Source: Candidatus Hodarchaeota archaeon (GTDB taxonomy: Archaea; Asgardarchaeota; Lokiarchaeia; Sigyniarchaeales; SOKP01). From it: a stretch of 64,000 nucleotides of DNA. Below the pieces are notes generated by a model, which saw nothing but the letters and a program-made list of their open reading frames with translations, was not told where the DNA came from and searched no databases. Every line of letters starts with the position of its first letter. Position 1 is the first letter of the stretch. The stretch covers positions 128,001-192,000 of the forward strand of contig JBHLJY010000005.1 of NCBI GenBank assembly GCA_048887225.1, written 5' to 3'. A program made the position numbers and the translations under genes. Shown in pieces: positions 62,332-64,000 of this stretch.

Positions 62332-63900
62332 TTATTCAGCATCCTTAATCTGGGTTAAATCATCAAAAATTTTGTATATATTTTGATCTTTTAATAAATC
62401 GTAGAGGTTTGCCGAAAAATTATAAATTTTATCGTATAATATATGACGATTTTGATTGGGTAGCCATTTTTTATCAACTTTACATAAATTCTCTGCCGCT
62501 TTTGCTATATCAGGGAATAGCCCTGCTCCTGAAGCTGCTAATATTGCAGCTCCTAAAGAGGTCGCTTCCTCAATTATATTACGTACACATGTAATACCTA
62601 ACACATCTGCGTAAATTTGATTCCAGAAATCTGAACGAGAACCTCCACCAGTAAGCAACAGTTCTTTCGGTTCAATATCAAGCTCTTTAAATATTTGGAT
62701 GTTTTTCTTCACTTCAAAGGCAACACCTTCAAGTACAGCCCGATATAGGTCTCTTCTTTGATGGCCTAGAGATAAACCAAAAATTAATCCTTTTGCATAT
62801 GGATTCCAGTGAGGAGCTCCAGCTCCAATTAAATGAGGGATTAAAATTAATCCATTTGCTCCTATGGGTGATTTTTCAGCTTCAGCAGTGATTATATTAT
62901 ATGGGTCTTGTCCCTCTTCAGCAGCCATACATTCTGGTTGACCTACTTGATCTCTAAACCATCGAAGTGTAGCTCCAGAAGTAAAGATACTCGCCTCTTG
63001 AACCCAAGAACCTGGAATCGCATGACAGCTACATAAAACTCTTTTTTTTGGGTCAAATTTTGGCTCATTTAAATATGCTAAAATAAAACTACCCGTTCCT
63101 GTTGTACACTTGATTTCTCCTGGAGAAACAACTCCTACTCCTAGCGCCGCAGATTGTTGATCTCCAGCACCAGTAATTACTAAAGTTTTATTATCAAAAT
63201 CAGTTTCATCATTAATTATTTCGCCAATATCGACTCCGCTTTCAAAAGGTTCAGGCATTTTATCTAAATCTATTCCCATTTCAGAGGCAATATCTTCTGA
63301 GTATCTTAAATTATTAATATCAAACAACATAGTTCTACTTAAATTACTATGATCACTAACAAATTTCCCAGTTAATTTATATATAATAAAATCTGAAACT
63401 AACAAAAATTTATGAGCTTTTTGATAAATATCAGGCTTCTTATCTTTAAACCATAATATTTTTGTAGAAGAAAAATAAGGATCTATTGTTAAACCCGTAA
63501 TTTTGTAAATTCTATCAAGACCTATTTTGTTTCTTATAAACTCAACTTGATCAGTCGTACGTCTATCTTGCCAAACTAAAGCATTATGGAGTGGATTACC
63601 TTCTTTATCTACTGGAACAACTGTTTCTCTTTAATCTTTCGGAAAGAAGTTTTAAACCGAAATTTGATTGGTGATAGAACAGCTAACTATTTCCGTCTTA
63701 TCAATCCCGCTTTTGCTTATAGCGTTTTTAATCGTATCTTTTATGGAAATCCACCATTCATTAGCGTCTTGCTCTACAAAAGAAGGTGAGGGATAATAGC
63801 TAGGATATTCTTTATAATCTGAACCAACAATAGCTCCAGCTAAATCAAAAATGTTTGTTCGACATCCTGTCGTACCAAGATCCAAAGATGCTACATACAT
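62332..63900 (-). CDS. FGGY-family carbohydrate kinase (glycerol kinase/xylulokinase-like), two exons 63900-63664 and 63630-62332, 511 aa after splicing
   Basis: LDLGTT, VEQD, ITNQ|RET, VWQDRRT, DPYFS.TK, GDQQSA, TGTGSF, GAPHW, LEGVAF, GGGS, EATSLGAA; only lesion is the 33-nt insert. Confidence 0.88.
63631..63663 (-). other. Candidate pre-mRNA intron, 33 nt, bulge-helix-bulge type
   Basis: ATTTCGGTTTAAAACTTCTTTCCGAAAGATTAA; central helix AATC/GATT, two AAA bulges, inner stem TTTCGG/CCGAAA; canonical cuts rejoin CAA|AGA. Confidence 0.85.
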
Positions 63901-64000
63901 TTTAATAACTCTATTAATTTAAAATTTAAAAAATATACTTCAACTTAATTGGAATATGAATAAAAAAGGTGTTCTTCTTAAAATAATTAACTCTCGTTCT

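Noticed and set aside
3455-63789. Short overlapping track ORFs (e.g. 3455-3718, 5801-6004, 9684-10040, 11790-12182, 22620-22895, 56041-56385, 58166-58387, 63586-63789)
   Set aside because: Antisense or out-of-frame shadows of well-supported genes, with no recognisable motifs.
62332-63900. Kinase treated as a simple pseudogene or as two genes (track ORFs 62332-63405 and 63652-63900)
   Set aside because: The single lesion is a structured BHB insert whose canonical removal is exact, and there are no other stops or frameshifts. A pseudogene cannot be excluded without RNA data.

Overview
AT-rich archaeal chromosomal window, most likely from a Lokiarchaeia-type Asgard archaeon. It carries a lokiactin, three Rab-like GTPases with C-terminal Zn-ribbons, a roadblock protein and an LRR protein, alongside archaeal EF-1beta, Rpo6, Hef, SRP54, aIF5A, Nob1, FEN1 and CDC48. 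The rest is mostly housekeeping and metabolic genes (mutS/mutL, iorAB, tldDE, purB/purM, nadC, dinB, pyrC). I saw no transposase, integrase, CRISPR array or rRNA. The main finding is in the FGGY (glycerol-kinase-like) sugar kinase at 62332-63900, which looks like a split pseudogene. It is interrupted by a 33-nt insert (63631-63663) that folds into a bulge-helix-bulge (BHB) splice motif. Cutting at the standard tRNA-endonuclease positions restores the conserved ITNQ|RET motif and a 511-aa ORF, so this is a candidate archaeal pre-mRNA intron. The window also holds a tRNA-Val(CAC) gene with two BHB introns at non-canonical positions (44/45 and 59/60), which implies a relaxed-specificity splicing endonuclease. 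Three genes appear to start at ATT or ATC codons behind GGTG(A) Shine-Dalgarno motifs. All family assignments are from motif recognition, not database searches.
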